Source: Octopus sinensis
Lineage: Eukaryota
DNA length: 64,000 nt
Reading direction: 5' to 3'
Assembly (NCBI RefSeq): GCF_006345805.1
Contig: NC_042998.1
Span: 99,448,001-99,512,000 of the forward strand
The notes beneath the pieces were generated by a model that did no database searches, had not been told where the DNA came from, and saw only the letters and a program-made list of their open reading frames with translations. Position 1 is the stretch's first letter. Each line of letters begins with the position of its first letter. The position numbers were made by a program, and so were the translations under genes. Shown here one piece after another: positions 36,993-49,597 of the stretch.

Positions 36993-38144
36993 TCTTTTAC
37001 TTGTTTTTACTTCATTTAGTCGAGCAAATCGACCCCAGGACTTATTCTTAGTAAGCTTAGTACTTATTCTATCGGTCTGTTTTGCCAAATCGCTAAGTTA
37101 TGGGGACATAAACATACCAGCATCGGTTGTCAAGTGATGTGGGGGGGGGGGAAACACACACACACACTTATATATATATATACATACAACCGACGATCTT
37201 TTTTCAGTTTCCGTCTACCAAATCCACTCACAAGGCTTTGGTAGGCCTGAGGCTATAGTAGAAGACAATTGCCCAAGGTGCCACGTAGTGGGACTGAACC
37301 CGGTACCATGTGCTTCGTAAGCAAGCTGGTACTTCCGGGACCTATATCGAAGTTACGCCTAATTATCAATGCTTTTATGTATATGTGTATTCATATACAT
37401 ACAAACAGGAGACATCGTCGTATAGCTAGCTGGTGACGATGTCACCTGGGGCTGAACAACAGTAGCATTCGTTCCAACCGGGACTGTCACATTAGGGTGG
37501 CAAATAATCTTTACTTTATATCATTTATTATCAACGTGAAAGTCAAAGGCACGATAAAGCGAAGTACAATACAAATCAAATGTATGGGTACACAATGCAA
37601 AACAAAAGCATTCAGTAATGATACTGAATTGTTGCAACCAAACGAAGATAGGAATTTTTTTATTGAGCCTTCTAATTTATATTGATAATATATGATATTA
37701 ATTAAGATAAGATCCTCGATTTATTTTTCAGTTGTATAATAATCACGAACAAGTTAGTAAAAAGAAATCGACAAGTTTTTGTTTTTATTTCATTAACATA
37801 ATCGTCATATCGGCGATCCTTCGGTTTAGGTATCTATTGCCTTTAATAACGTATGTCTGCAAAATTTCAGTTAAAAACGTGCACTAAGAAAAAATAATAA
37901 AGCCGGTAGTGGGAGCACTAAACTGAAGATATGTCGCCTTTATGAAATGTTGCTCCACTCGGTCGTAACATTTTACTTCCGAGCATGTTCATCAAGCAAC
38001 TGTGAGTTTTTAATTTAGGCATTTATCTAACACGCATAATGCTTCTTAACATCACTGTAAAATCATAACAATCAAACATGTAAACATTTGTTAAAAACAG
38101 TCAAGGTTTAGAAATACCATAGAGAAACGAAAAGTTACACTTAC

Positions 38145-38146
38145 AT
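38145..38146 (-). CDS. Unrecognised gene, putative exon 1 coding part: first two bases (AT) of a split start codon
   Basis: Minus strand reads ttccacgAT|gtaagt (consensus donor at 38144-38139). AT plus the first G of exon 34457 gives an in-frame ATG with A at -3. Confidence 0.55.
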
Positions 38147-38202
38147 CGTGGAAGTTGATAGTAACTAGGTAAGTTTTCTCCCCTTCGTTTGATGAGTATT
38201 CG

Positions 38203-38216
38203 CCAGCAGGTGGCGC
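38203..38216 (+). promoter_or_regulatory. CTCF consensus motif in a putative bidirectional promoter
   Basis: CCAGCAGGTGGCGC is an exact match to the CCASYAGRKGGCRS core, in a CpG-retaining region between two divergent genes. Confidence 0.7.
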
Positions 38217-38229
38217 AAAGTGTTACATC

Positions 38230-38301
38230 TAAGCCGCCATCAGTGCGAGGTATTATCGCTTATTCGCATCCTTCTCTCATGTGCAGCATTTGTTTTTCAC
38301 G
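38230..38301 (+). other. MED14: Candidate non-coding first exon of MED14 (start uncertain)
   Basis: Donor cacG|gtacgt at 38302; coding exon 1 has an upstream acceptor at 43035, so a 5'UTR exon is expected. An alternative donor tag|gtaagt lies at 38169. Confidence 0.35.
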
Positions 38302-40410
38302 GTACGTTCTTATTCTTTCATATCTATCTATCTTCGACTTTTCTGGGGTTTCAGCTTGTTGTAAATACTTTATTTATCTATTGAGGGTGTTTAATTTTGG
38401 GGTAAATCGTCAACTATCAGTGAAAGAATTTCATTTCAATATGTTGTTATTGTTAGGCATTATTACATGAGTTTGAACTAATGTAATAATAAATGGTATG
38501 TTGAGGTCCCACAAATTTCTAAAAAATATTGGTGAGGAGAAATGAAATTCTCAAGAGTTATATGACATACATGTGAAATAATTAAGAATAGAAACTGGTT
38601 CATAAGTTTAACTCCTCGTTCGTTGTTTACTCCAGCGGCCGGCTCTTATTTATTATTTTTCATATAAAGTGTTGGATTATTACGGTTGTTTTATTTTCGT
38701 AATGTAGTTTCGCTGGATAATATTTTTACCGTTTCCCATTGAAAATCTATGTCTATGAACAACACAACAATGCTTTCAAAACTTCGCAACTTCTGATATG
38801 AAGATGACAATCTCAAAACAAGCAAACTGTCCAGATTGACGAGCTTCGTGGAGGATTCTTACGTGGTTGCTCGAATTGCTAGAAATTGCAACCTAATTCC
38901 CTTCGAATCATATATCATCTTTAAATAAAATAAAATGACAGTTTAGATAATGTTGTTCTCTACATGAAAAGTTCGAGAGGATAAAACGCGATGGTTGGGA
39001 TCGGAATGACTTTAATTGTAGGTCAACTCAATCAGATATCTATATGGGTGTGGATGGGGGCTAAAATAACCTGTCCGTATTAAAAGGAAAAAAAAATTAC
39101 CATTCTTTAATAGTGCTCTATATAAAGTTAGCTGTGACGTGAAACATTCCGTTACTAGAAATAAGTTTTGTGTTAAATTTTAATTATTAAATCTAACATT
39201 TTATTTTATTACTATTTAAAAAAAAATTAATGAAATCATGTTTACAGCTATTTAGGATTTGTTTATTAGAATTGAAGCCAAGATTTAGTTTATTACATGG
39301 CATCTCAAACCAATTACAGATTGTATTGTGCTTGACTTCTCCGACAGATAAATTCTACTCTAGATGAAAGACTGTATGACAGTTTAGCATGAGAATGAAA
39401 TCGGTTTGTAAAGAATCTAGAAATTGGGTTCAAACCGTTCCGTCAGTGATTAGTGCTAAGTGGAATCCAAAGACGATTAGCTTTGCTAGAATATTCTCAA
39501 AGGTTGAATCCTTTGCCGATATCAAGAAGAATAAATAACTTTACTTTGTTTTTAGCAATAAAAAATACTTTATTTAGTCATTCAGGGATAATAATTGTAG
39601 GTAATTCGTTAACTATGAGTAAAAGGATTTGATTTCAATATATTGAAGGACAAGAAATTTCTAGTGTGTTTTGGAAGCGGGTATGTGCTTAGTTACTTTG
39701 ATGTATACTTGTAAAGGAAGAGAGAGATTTACGGTTGATTTCGGAGGTTGTCTTTTATGATTAGTTCCTTCCCTCTTGAAATGTTGGATGTGAGAGCAAA
39801 ATAGTAATTGAGGATACAATGATGTATTCTATATCTTGTGGAGACAAGGCCGACAAAGAAGCTTCTTTATATTTGCTAAACTTGATCCTCAGTTAAACCG
39901 TCCAACCCATGCCAGCATGGAAAGCGGACGTTAAACGATGATGGTGATGATGATAGAAACAACCAGCAAGTCAAAACCTTCATACTTAACAAAAAAAAAG
40001 GGGGGATACTACACGTTTGATAATGTAGTCCTAGATACACTGTGCTTGAACTGCCCCCTCCCCAAACAGAGTAGTCACTATCAGAATGTCTTTGATCAAG
40101 TTTGGCAAAGGACTAAGCAACAGCATTAAGAGGTTGGACAGTTTGGCAATAGAGACAAACTGAAATTTAGATTAAAATAAACTTAATGTAATTTTTTAAA
40201 TTTCATTTTTAGTAAATATTTATTTATTGAAATTATTGAATTTTGTTGATTGCCAGAAATGGTATATTGGTATACAATATTTAATTTATCTCTTGAATTC
40301 AAACATTTCTAGTCTTCATAAAACATACACTAATGATGCAGTTGATTCCACTTATCATTCACTATATATGTGTGATGGTTTTTGTGTCAATTTTTAAAAT
40401 TCTGTAAATA

Positions 40411-40663
40411 ATAATAATAACAGTGTTTTATAAGCTTAAAGCATATAAGCGATCACCATGCAATGACTAAAGAAAATAGTCTAATAATGGGGCATATAAG
40501 CCCTCGACAGAAAAAAGTAGGTTTTCCTATACACATGGGATTCAAACCCCACATCTACTTTTTTTCATTGAGGGCTTATATGCCTCATTATTAGACTATT
40601 TTCTTTAGTTATTGTGTGGTGATAGCTTATAAGCTTCATGCTTTTAAAATACTATTATTATTA
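40411..40663. repeat. Palindromic fold-back element (about 100-bp arms)
   Basis: actaaagaaaatagtctaataatggggcatataagccctc versus gagggcttatatgcctcattattagactattttctttagt. Confidence 0.9.
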
Positions 40664-42133
40664 TATATACAGATATATGTATATATATATAAGGTATTTA
40701 GAAGAGGAGCTGTGTCCATAACCTTTGTAGGTCTTCTCAGACAGGTTAGATCAATATGGATGGTGTTCAGCTTCAACAAATGCAAGATAAAAATAAGGTG
40801 GTAATGGGTTTGGGCAGATTGCTTGCAACAGAATGAACTTGTTAAAGTCACCCCTAGTTAAGATGGTGGTATTGACCCTTTTGTATGCTACCATCTTCCT
40901 TTGAAATGATCTTAAAACCTTCCAACAATTGACAAAATTATTTTACTGAATTATATGTTATTTTCAAAATTAATTGAAATAAATGCAGTGTATTTCAACA
41001 GAAAAATGGTAGCAAGAGTTAAACAATATATAGGATTGTGTATTAGGCCCACCAAAATTTTATTACACTACAAACTAGCATTTTATAGACACTGTTAAAT
41101 AAAACCAAGAGACATTATATCACCTTCTAAGTGATACTGAGTTAATATAAGCTCATTACTGTGCATGATTATAGATACTCTAGTCAAAAGTAGTTAATTT
41201 TTAGTTGCATTTCATAAACACCAAATGTGCTTGTCTATGTGATTATGACATGGGTAGTTTATTGGCTGTGGTTGTATTTTAGTTTCTGTTTAAGAACTTA
41301 AATTTTGGCATTTATGTCTTTTACTTGTTTCATTCATTAGATTGTGGCCATGCTGGAGCACTGGCATGAAGAATTTTAGTCTGATGAATTGATTCTAGTA
41401 CTTAATTTTTGTTTAAGCATGGTATTTTTTCTACGGTCACTTTTGCCAAACTGTTATGTTATGAAGATGTAAACAAACCAACATTGGTTGTCAAGTGATG
41501 GTGGAGGACAAACACAGAAAGAAGACACATATATACATGATGAGCTACTTTCAATTTTCCATCTACCAAGTCCACTCACAAGGTTTTGATTGGCCTAATG
41601 CTATAGAAGACATTTGTCCAAGGCGCCATGCAATGAGACTGAATCCAGCACAATGTGTTTGGGATGCCTGTGCCTTGTTCTAAAAAGGATTGGCACATTA
41701 ACTGGGAGAAGAAAGACAAATTGTATCAGATGACAGAACCATTACTGCTCTGGACAGAATGCTTAATGTCATTTCTGGCTTTACATTTTGAGTTCAAATG
41801 TTGCCCAGGTCTACTTTGCCTTTTATCCTTTTTGGGGTTGATGGAGTAAGAATCAGTCAAGCACTGAGGTTGATCTAATCATCTAGCCACATTCCCCAAG
41901 ATTTCAGGACTTGTGCCTATAGTAGAAAGAATTATGAGTACCAACTGTTTTGGTTAGTGTTTGATTTCCATCAGCCTGATGCTTTAAATCTATTTATGGA
42001 TGACAGAGATGTTGGGAAAATGGTCAGTTGAGCAGATATTTAAACATCTAAAAATGCTTTGTGTCTGTCTTATGTAGATGATTATAATTCCTTTTGTCTT
42101 TCATATTTTCTCATATTTACAGTAGCATTGTGA

Positions 42134-42440
42134 AGGTGTATGGCTCAGTGGTTAGAGCATAGGGGTTCACAATCATGCGTTAGTAAGTTTGATACCTGGA
42201 CTGGGCTGTGTTGTGTTCTTGAACAAGACAGTTTGTTTCACATTGCTCCAGTTCACTCAGCTGTAGAAATGAGTTGTGATATCACTGGTGCCAAGCTGTA
42301 TCAGCTTTTGCCTTTCCCTTGGATACATCAATGTCATGGAGAGGGGAGGTTGGTATGCATGAGTGACTCTGTTCTTCCATAAACAAGCTTGCCCGGACTT
42401 GTACTTTGGAGGGGAACTTTCTAGGTGCAATTGTATGACC
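42134..42440 (+). mobile_element. tRNA-derived SINE, second family
   Basis: A box tggctcagtgg, degenerate B box, tgtgttgtgttcttgaacaagaca core. Confidence 0.85.
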
Positions 42441-43063
42441 AAAGGTTTTTTTTTACAGTAACATTATAATGTAAATACACTATTATAACATTATCTTGTA
42501 TTTATGTTATCGAGATAAAAATGAGAGCTTCCTGTAAGTTTAAAAAAATAGATTAACAATATTTGCAAAATGGTCTATAACAACAGCATTTTCCCATGCC
42601 AAACAATAAATGGTATGTATGAAAGGGTCTATCTTATGGTGCTCTTTGTTACTAGGACACATGCAAATGTGACAAAAATCTGCTTGGTTAATCCCAAAAT
42701 ATAGGAAATGGCAATGTAAGAGCAGAGATCAGTGTGAGTAAACAAAAAAAGGCGCAACACAGCCTATGTTCTGATAAGGGACATTGTTTCATTTGTGGGT
42801 GTTTACAGCAGGAAACTACCATTTGAAAAGTTGACTGCATATCTGCATCAAGTGCTGCCATAACTCAAGTATTCACTAACGTACAAGAATCTGTATTGTC
42901 TTTTAAACCATTAATGACAGTAATTAAAAAAAAAAATTTATTAATGGTTTTTAAACTGTTTTTTTCACTGGTTTTAAAAGATTTACATTTTGCTTTGTAT
43001 TAAATTCATCTATATTTATCTTTTATTTTTTTCAGCTGTGAGTTGTAACTTTGAATTGCCAAG

Positions 43064-43206
43064 ATGTCCCCCATTGACAGTCAGCTTCCTATGCCGACTG
43101 GTCCGTCACAAGGGGGAGGTACTGGAGGTGGAAGTATTGCACTTAACACTCTTATTGACTATATTATTCAAAGAACTTATGCAGAAATGTCTGTACTGTC
43201 AGAATT
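43064..43206 (+). CDS. MED14: Mediator subunit 14, coding exon 1
   Basis: Acceptor ttttttcag at 43035; MSPIDSQLPMPTGPSQGGGTGGGSIALNTLIDYIIQRTYAEMSVLSE-TT|gtaagt; MED14 N-terminus. Confidence 0.93.
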
Positions 43207-44096
43207 GTAAGTGTATATTTTGTTATTCATAAGTTATTCATGTTATCATCATCATTTAATGTCCATTGTCCATGTTGGCCTGGGTTGGCTCGCTGGAAGG
43301 CTGCACCAAGATCCAGTCTGATTTGGCATGGTTTTCTATGGCTGGATGCCTTTCCAACCACTCCAAGAGTGTAATGGGTGCTTTTATATGTCACCGGTAT
43401 GGATGCCATATGCGTGACACTGGTATCTGCCATGGCCACGATTTTGCTTGGCTTGACAGGTCTTCTTCTCAAACATAACATAATGCCAAAGGTCTTGGTC
43501 ATTGCTTCTGTGAGGCTTAACACTCGTAGGGAGCTCGGCCATTTTGCTTCCATGAGGCCCAATGTATAATCATCACTCTTAAGAGTTTATAAGTATTTAT
43601 ATGTATTTTATGGATTTTGTAAGCTCAAATAAAATTTATTGACTTTCACATTTATCCAAATGTTACAATTTTAAATGTTGAAGAAGAACCCTATCTGAAC
43701 ATAGTACTTTATCTGAAAATAAATAAGGATAGGCATCAGGAAGAGTATTTGGCTGGAGAAGAGTGATTCAAAGATTCTCATCCAATCAGTAATGTGATTG
43801 CTGTGGATATGGTAAATGTGTAGTACTTATATGGATTATGAGATTGTCTCGCTTGCTGATATTTCATTAGCAGTAGATTACTCATTTTGAGGTCTCAGTT
43901 CTTCTATCAGCTGGGATAACTGTTGTTGATAGACTGTTATTTTGTTCAAAGAGCCACACTTCTTGCTCCCCAACTTTCTTGTCTCAAGGAAACACTTGTG
44001 TTGCTATTATTTTATGTTAGGCTCAAATATAATTTGCATAACGAAAATATCTTAATTGTTCAAATATCTTCATTTTCTAAAAATTTTATTTTACAG

Positions 44097-44123
44097 GCTT
44101 CCACGAAAATCAGATATGGAACG
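44097..44123 (+). CDS. MED14: MED14 exon 2 (27-nt microexon)
   Basis: ttttacag|G-LPRKSDME-CG|gtaaat; restores the conserved LLPRKSDxERKIEIVQF. Confidence 0.92.
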
Positions 44124-44245
44124 GTAAATAATACATTTTTTTCCATTAATATTTTAATGGCATGGGTAATACTTGTCTTGAAAGAAGTTGTTGGTGATGG
44201 GTGAAAGAGAGTTATGGAGAAATCTAGATGTAGAAATTGAGTGTA

Positions 44246-45007
44246 CGGTGATCCCTCGTTTATCGCGGTAGATTGGTTCTGAGACCGGCCGTGATAACTG
44301 GATTTCCACGAAGTAGGGACACCATATTTACAGTATTTATTTAACGTGTATTTGGACTTTTAAAACCCTCCCTGTACTGTTAACAACCCACCCATTACAG
44401 TAGTCTATTAATAACAAGGACAACTGTTAAGCAATGACACTTTAGATTAAAAAAAATAAAGATTGTTACTGTACTCAACACAAAAGAAGCTGAAGTCAAA
44501 TTTGAATGGTGATGGTCATGAATTTGTTGCACAGTAGAAGTGATGATGATGAAGCTGACGGCGGTGCCCTTTCCTGGGACATCTCTTCCACTTCTTCCAA
44601 AACACAAAGTTCAACGCAAAGAAACAAAAAAAAAAAATCACACACAGCACAGCGTAAAGTAGTACAGTAAACTACTCGGCAAGAAAGCTTGAAGTGAAAT
44701 GGCTGCGAGAGAGAGACAAGGGAAGATGCTGCGGATCTGAGCATTGGTCAAAGCACCAATTACAGGCCAGATTACAAAATAGAAAGCTGTGATTCGTCGT
44801 CTTTCTCCATTGCCATAATTACAGCCTGTCTTAAGTTCAAATACCCCTGTATATGCTTTTTTGCTATTTTACGCTTGTTTTGTTGTTCCTAGACTAGGAA
44901 ATAATAATTATTATTAATATTTTAATGGATTTAATGAAAAATCTTAGGAGTTATATATATATTTAAAATCCACAATAGTTGAACCGCAAAGTAGCGAGGG
45001 ATCACTA
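44246..45007. mobile_element. pogo/Tigger-like non-autonomous DNA transposon
   Basis: TIRs cggtgatccctcgtttatcgcgg / ccgcaaagtagcgagggatcacta, flanked by TA on both sides. Confidence 0.85.
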
Positions 45008-45631
45008 TATACAAAGGTTGTACTGGAAGTAAGGTAAAAGTGGGCAAAACCATGTTTTCAGTGGCTTCAAATACTTACAGCAGATTGAAGCAGACTTTCA
45101 CCTTTCTCTCCTTCAAATCTTGTCTCATCAACCAAGCTGGCCACTTTATACACACTTTCTGATACTCAGTCATCCATCATCTCCTATGTATTATGACAAC
45201 AGTTCAGTCGTGTAGCAAGTTCACAGGTTGTGGTGCATTTGTCTGCCTGAATCAATTTATTCTGTTGCTGGTGATTCATATCGTTGGTTGCAATTGATGG
45301 TCCTCCACTGCATGGTTTGTCTTTGATGCTGGTTTCCTGTTCTTAGAATTTCTTCATCCATCTGTGTATAATACTGTTTATGATATTTAATACAGTTTAC
45401 ATTAACACTTTATTTCATATTTAGTCTTGTTGAAAGATGATAATATTAAAGTTAAATTTAAAGTAATTTCGCTAAGCTAAAAGAGAACAACTTTGAGGTT
45501 TTGGGTTAATCAATGTTTGTGGTGTGTTTTAGGTATAGTGTAAACATTAAAATTGCTTTCACATATTGAGTAAACTTGTTGCATAGATGTCCTGTTTTAT
45601 TTTATATATTTATTATTTTTGTTTATTTCAG

Positions 45632-45737
45632 AAAAATAGAGATTGTCCAGTTTTCACAGAGAACACGCCAGTTATTTGTTCGCCTCTTGGCCTTGGTGAA
45701 GTGGGCTAATAGCGCTAGTAAAGTGGATAAATGCGGG
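45632..45737 (+). CDS. MED14: MED14 exon 3
   Basis: tttcag|A-KIEIVQFSQRTRQLFVRLLALVKWANSASKVDKCG|gtaaat. Confidence 0.97.
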
Positions 45738-46631
45738 GTAAATTTTTTGTCACTTATACGATTTCTTTCTTAAGAATTCAAATACATTTGTTGAGAGATT
45801 TTTAAGACAACAGCTGTCTACTCTTACCCAATATTTATTTTGGAATTAGTTTGTTACTTGATGATGTTGTTGATGATTTGTGCTACCTTTATGAATACCT
45901 ATGCTTATTTATCATATAAAACATCAATCACAGTCATTTGTATTGTAATCCTTTTTATGTTTGTCACTTGTGCAAACAATTTTCTATTTGCTAAGTAACC
46001 ATTTATATTACACTATCCAGACAATTCATTTGCTATTTTCCTAATTAAAACAATATATATTCAAGGTTAGAATTAGTGAGATTTAAAAGAAGAAAATTGC
46101 AAATAAAGGGAAAACTTCAATGATTATTTCTAATTTCATTTCTCTCTGTTTAATTAACTTATCCTTTATTTAATCCACATTGTTTTATTGACTCTACTAC
46201 CTCTACAATACTCGGCACATTTGCTTCTTGCTTTTTTTTTTTTTTACTACTTATCACAGATAAATCTTTGACACTACATCCTTCTAATAAGTTGTCTTCA
46301 TTTGTCAGCTGTTCTATAGCAAAATCGCTTTTTGGCATTCTAAGCCATAATCTTTAAACTAACCATCAAGATAAATATCCTATCAAACACTACTAACTAT
46401 CAGACAACATCATATATTGCTAGTTTATGAAAATATAAAAATAAGTACGTACTAACTTCATTTAAAAGCAAGTAAATGCTTTTTTTTTATCTCTACATTA
46501 ACAAAATAAAAATAAAAACGTCAAAGTAGATAGTGAAACTGCTTGGAGCCAATGACAGACCTTTCATCACATGTTTGTGACTGAAATACTGTCACTTCAG
46601 TAGCCCAGGCAATTGAAAAGTATTGTGTATA

Positions 46632-47424
46632 TCATCATCATCATCATCGTCGTTTAACGTCCGTTCTCCATGCTAGCATGGGTTGGACGGTTCGACCGGG
46701 GTTCTGGGAAGCCAGAAGGCTGCACCAGGCTCCAGTCTAATTTGGCAATGTTTCTACAGCTGGATGCCCTTCCTAACGCCAACCACTCCGTGAGTGTAGT
46801 GGGTGCTTTTTACGTGCCACCTGCACAGGTGCCAGGCGGGGCTGGCAACGGCCACGGTCAATTGGTGTATTTATGTGCCACCGGCACGGAAGCCAGTCGA
46901 GGCGGTGCTGGCATCGGCCACGAGTCGGATAGTGCTTTTTACGTACCACCAGACCAGGGATCCTGGCTGGTTCAATTCGATTTCGATTTCGCTTGCCCCA
47001 ACATGTCTTCACAAGCAAAGGGGGTTGGCAAGGGTGCCTGTCGTACGGTCGCATTGGAGTATTTTACGTGCCACGGCCACGAGTCGGATAGTGCTTTTTA
47101 CGTACCACCAGACCAGGGATCCTGCTGGTTCAATTCGATTTCGTTTCGCTTGCCCCAACATGTCTTCACAAGCAAAGGGGGTTGGCATGGGTGCCTGTCG
47201 TACGGTCGCATTGGAGTATTTTACGTGCCACGGCCCCGAGTCGGATAGTGCTTTTTAGTACTACACCAGGCCAGGGATCCTGGCTGGTTCAATTCGGTTT
47301 CGATTTCGATTTCGATTTCGCTTGCCCCAACATGTCTTCGCATCATGGGGGTTGGGATGGGTGTCTGTCATCGGATGAGTTCTATATCGACTTCGCTTGC
47401 CTCAACCGGTCTTTGTGTCCAAGG
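46632..47424 (-). mobile_element. Short young RTE copy (3'UTR only) in a MED14 intron
   Basis: Near-identical to 11949-12735 including the 159-bp repeats; differences are mainly small indels. Confidence 0.92.
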
Positions 47425-47877
47425 GAGGAAAGGCATATATTATATATATATATATATTATATATATATATATATAGGAGAAGTAGTGATTCTCCAGTCTG
47501 TTGCATGGTTGCCTCTTATGCTGATGTGCTGTATGGTCAAAGTTATTGTCTTCATTGATCACCATAGTTGAACATAATAACTTGAGGCATCTTCTTTGGT
47601 TTTCCTTATTTCTCTCTTATATGTTATAGTTTTAGCAGTCACTAGGTCATCATCAGATTTGACAGGTGAACTATTATCATCATATGCTTACCCAATTCAT
47701 ATACCTAATGCCATTGTTCCATACCTTAATTAATAAAGTTATCAATTTATCTTTAGTAGCATCTGTTATATTGTGTACATGTTTACTTTAAATGTTACAG
47801 TATTATAGCTGTAGACTTAACATTAACATTTTGTTTTGATACCTGTGCAACGTCTAAAATGAATTTGATATTTGTAG

Positions 47878-47972
47878 GAAATATGCAACTTTTTGGAACA
47901 GCAATCATTATTGTTTGTAGAAACAGCTGATGCTATGGCCAGAATGGCAAGAGAAACTTTAGTTAATGCTCG
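47878..47972 (+). CDS. MED14: MED14 exon 4
   Basis: ttgtag|EICNFLEQQSLLFVETADAMARMARETLVNA-CG|gtaagt. Confidence 0.95.
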
Positions 47973-48687
47973 GTAAGTTCAGTGTGCTTTATGCTTTTTC
48001 TTCATTTTTCTGTCTTTGATAAAGAAAATTGTGGCCTTTCTTTATATCCTGTTGTAATAAGTTTTCTTGTCTTGCAAAAATTATTACTGTTATTTGTCAA
48101 TGTTTATAACAAGCTTATCAGTGATTATTGCTTACAACTCCTAATTTTTGTGGCAATGATTTCTCCTTTCTCAGAAAATAACGTTATGGATATTTCTCCT
48201 CAGATATAACCTGTTTTAGTTTGGTTTGGGAACACACTGGATAATATACTACATTGTGCTAAATCAGATATGTACTTGTTTACTGCCTAGTATATATTAA
48301 GTAGTTTTGCTTTAGTAGAGACAAGTTGGAGTTAGTTTATTCCTGGGTTCCACTGCAAATTATTGGCAACATTTACAAAATTTTGAATGATGTGTGATGT
48401 TACAGGTATTTTGGTGTCTACGTATGTTTTTGAGTTTGGATCCAGCTTCTCCATCTGGATCATCAGTAACTGATGATTTACAACATGTTACTGGCATTAG
48501 TAAAAAATTGTGTAAAAAGTTTTTAGCTGAGACTTTGTGCAGCATATATCTAGTGTTTGTGTGTGCAGGTTAGATATTTAATATGAATGGATGTATAAGC
48601 ATCTTTCTCTTCTGTCTTGTATGTATCAGATGGCTCAACACATATGTATGTCCTTCAGAAACCTTTCTTTTGTTGTTGTTGCTCCCC

Positions 48688-48732
<45 letters not shown>

Positions 48733-49192
48733 GAGAGAGAGTGCAGTTGGTGTTAGGAAGGGAATCCAACTGTGGAAATTATGTCAAAGCAGACATAGAG
48801 CCCCCTGGCTCATCTTTTCTTATCATCCTAGCATCCTAGCATGGAAAAAGGGACTGTAAATGACAATGAGGATGATCAGGTGAAGAAAAACAGCTGTAGC
48901 GAAAATGCATTTAACTTGCTAAACAAAAGTTATTTTCCTGTAACAGAATGCAAACCTTTCAGCTAGGAAGTGAGTGCTATTCTATTAGTTTCTCTTAAAT
49001 ACTCTACTGGGTTAGGGAATTTCTGTAACTTAACCCCTTCATAATAAAGTTGTACTGGTAGCATATGATTTTGATCACTTTCACATTTAGAGACTGATAT
49101 GATATTAATTTGCCTAACCATTGTAACTTGTACTGAATGAAAGTGAGAGCTAGCTGGTGAATACAGTCTGTTTTGTTTTCTTTACATTTTAG

Positions 49193-49271
49193 TCTTCCAA
49201 ACTTTCCGTTGCCTTATGCTGTTGATGTCTTAACAACTGGGACATACCCCAGATTACCAACCTGCATTCGA
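49193..49271 (+). CDS. MED14: MED14 exon 5
   Basis: ttttag|[27 protein letters not shown]|gtaaga. Confidence 0.97.
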
Positions 49272-49310
49272 GTAAGATCAACTACTGCTCTTATTTTTGT
49301 TTGTGATATT

Positions 49311-49597
49311 TTGTTTGTTCCTTCTCGAGCCATGCATAAGGGCCGGTTTCTTGGTGTATAGGTTCCCCACCTGGACGGGACGCCGGTCCATCGCAGGTGA
49401 GCTGCAAGATGCAGGAGGAAAGAGTGAGAGAAAGTTGTGGCGAAAGAGTCAGCAGAAGTTTCGCCATTACATTCTGCCGGAGCCGCGTGGAGCTTAGGTG
49501 TTTCGCTCGTAAACACGCACATCACCCAGTCTGAGATTCGAACCCGCGATCCCTCGACCGTGAGTCCGCTGCTCTAACCACTAGGCCATGTGCCTCT
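49311..49597 (-). mobile_element. Young CpG-rich tRNA-derived SINE, fourth family
   Basis: A box tggcctagtgg, B box ggttcgaatct, cctgcgatggaccggcgtcccgtccagg segment; inserted about 40 bp after MED14 exon 5. Confidence 0.85.

Noticed and set aside
37330-37810. Minus-strand frames resembling an exon (...LTFTLIINDIK|gtaaag; ...CHPNVTVPVGTNATVVQPQ)
   Set aside because: No in-frame ATG or good acceptor, and stops upstream. The 38144 donor explains the phase better
49520-49597. tRNA-like sequence
   Set aside because: Has A/B boxes but runs into a SINE body with no complete cloverleaf; this applies to all tRNA-like heads here
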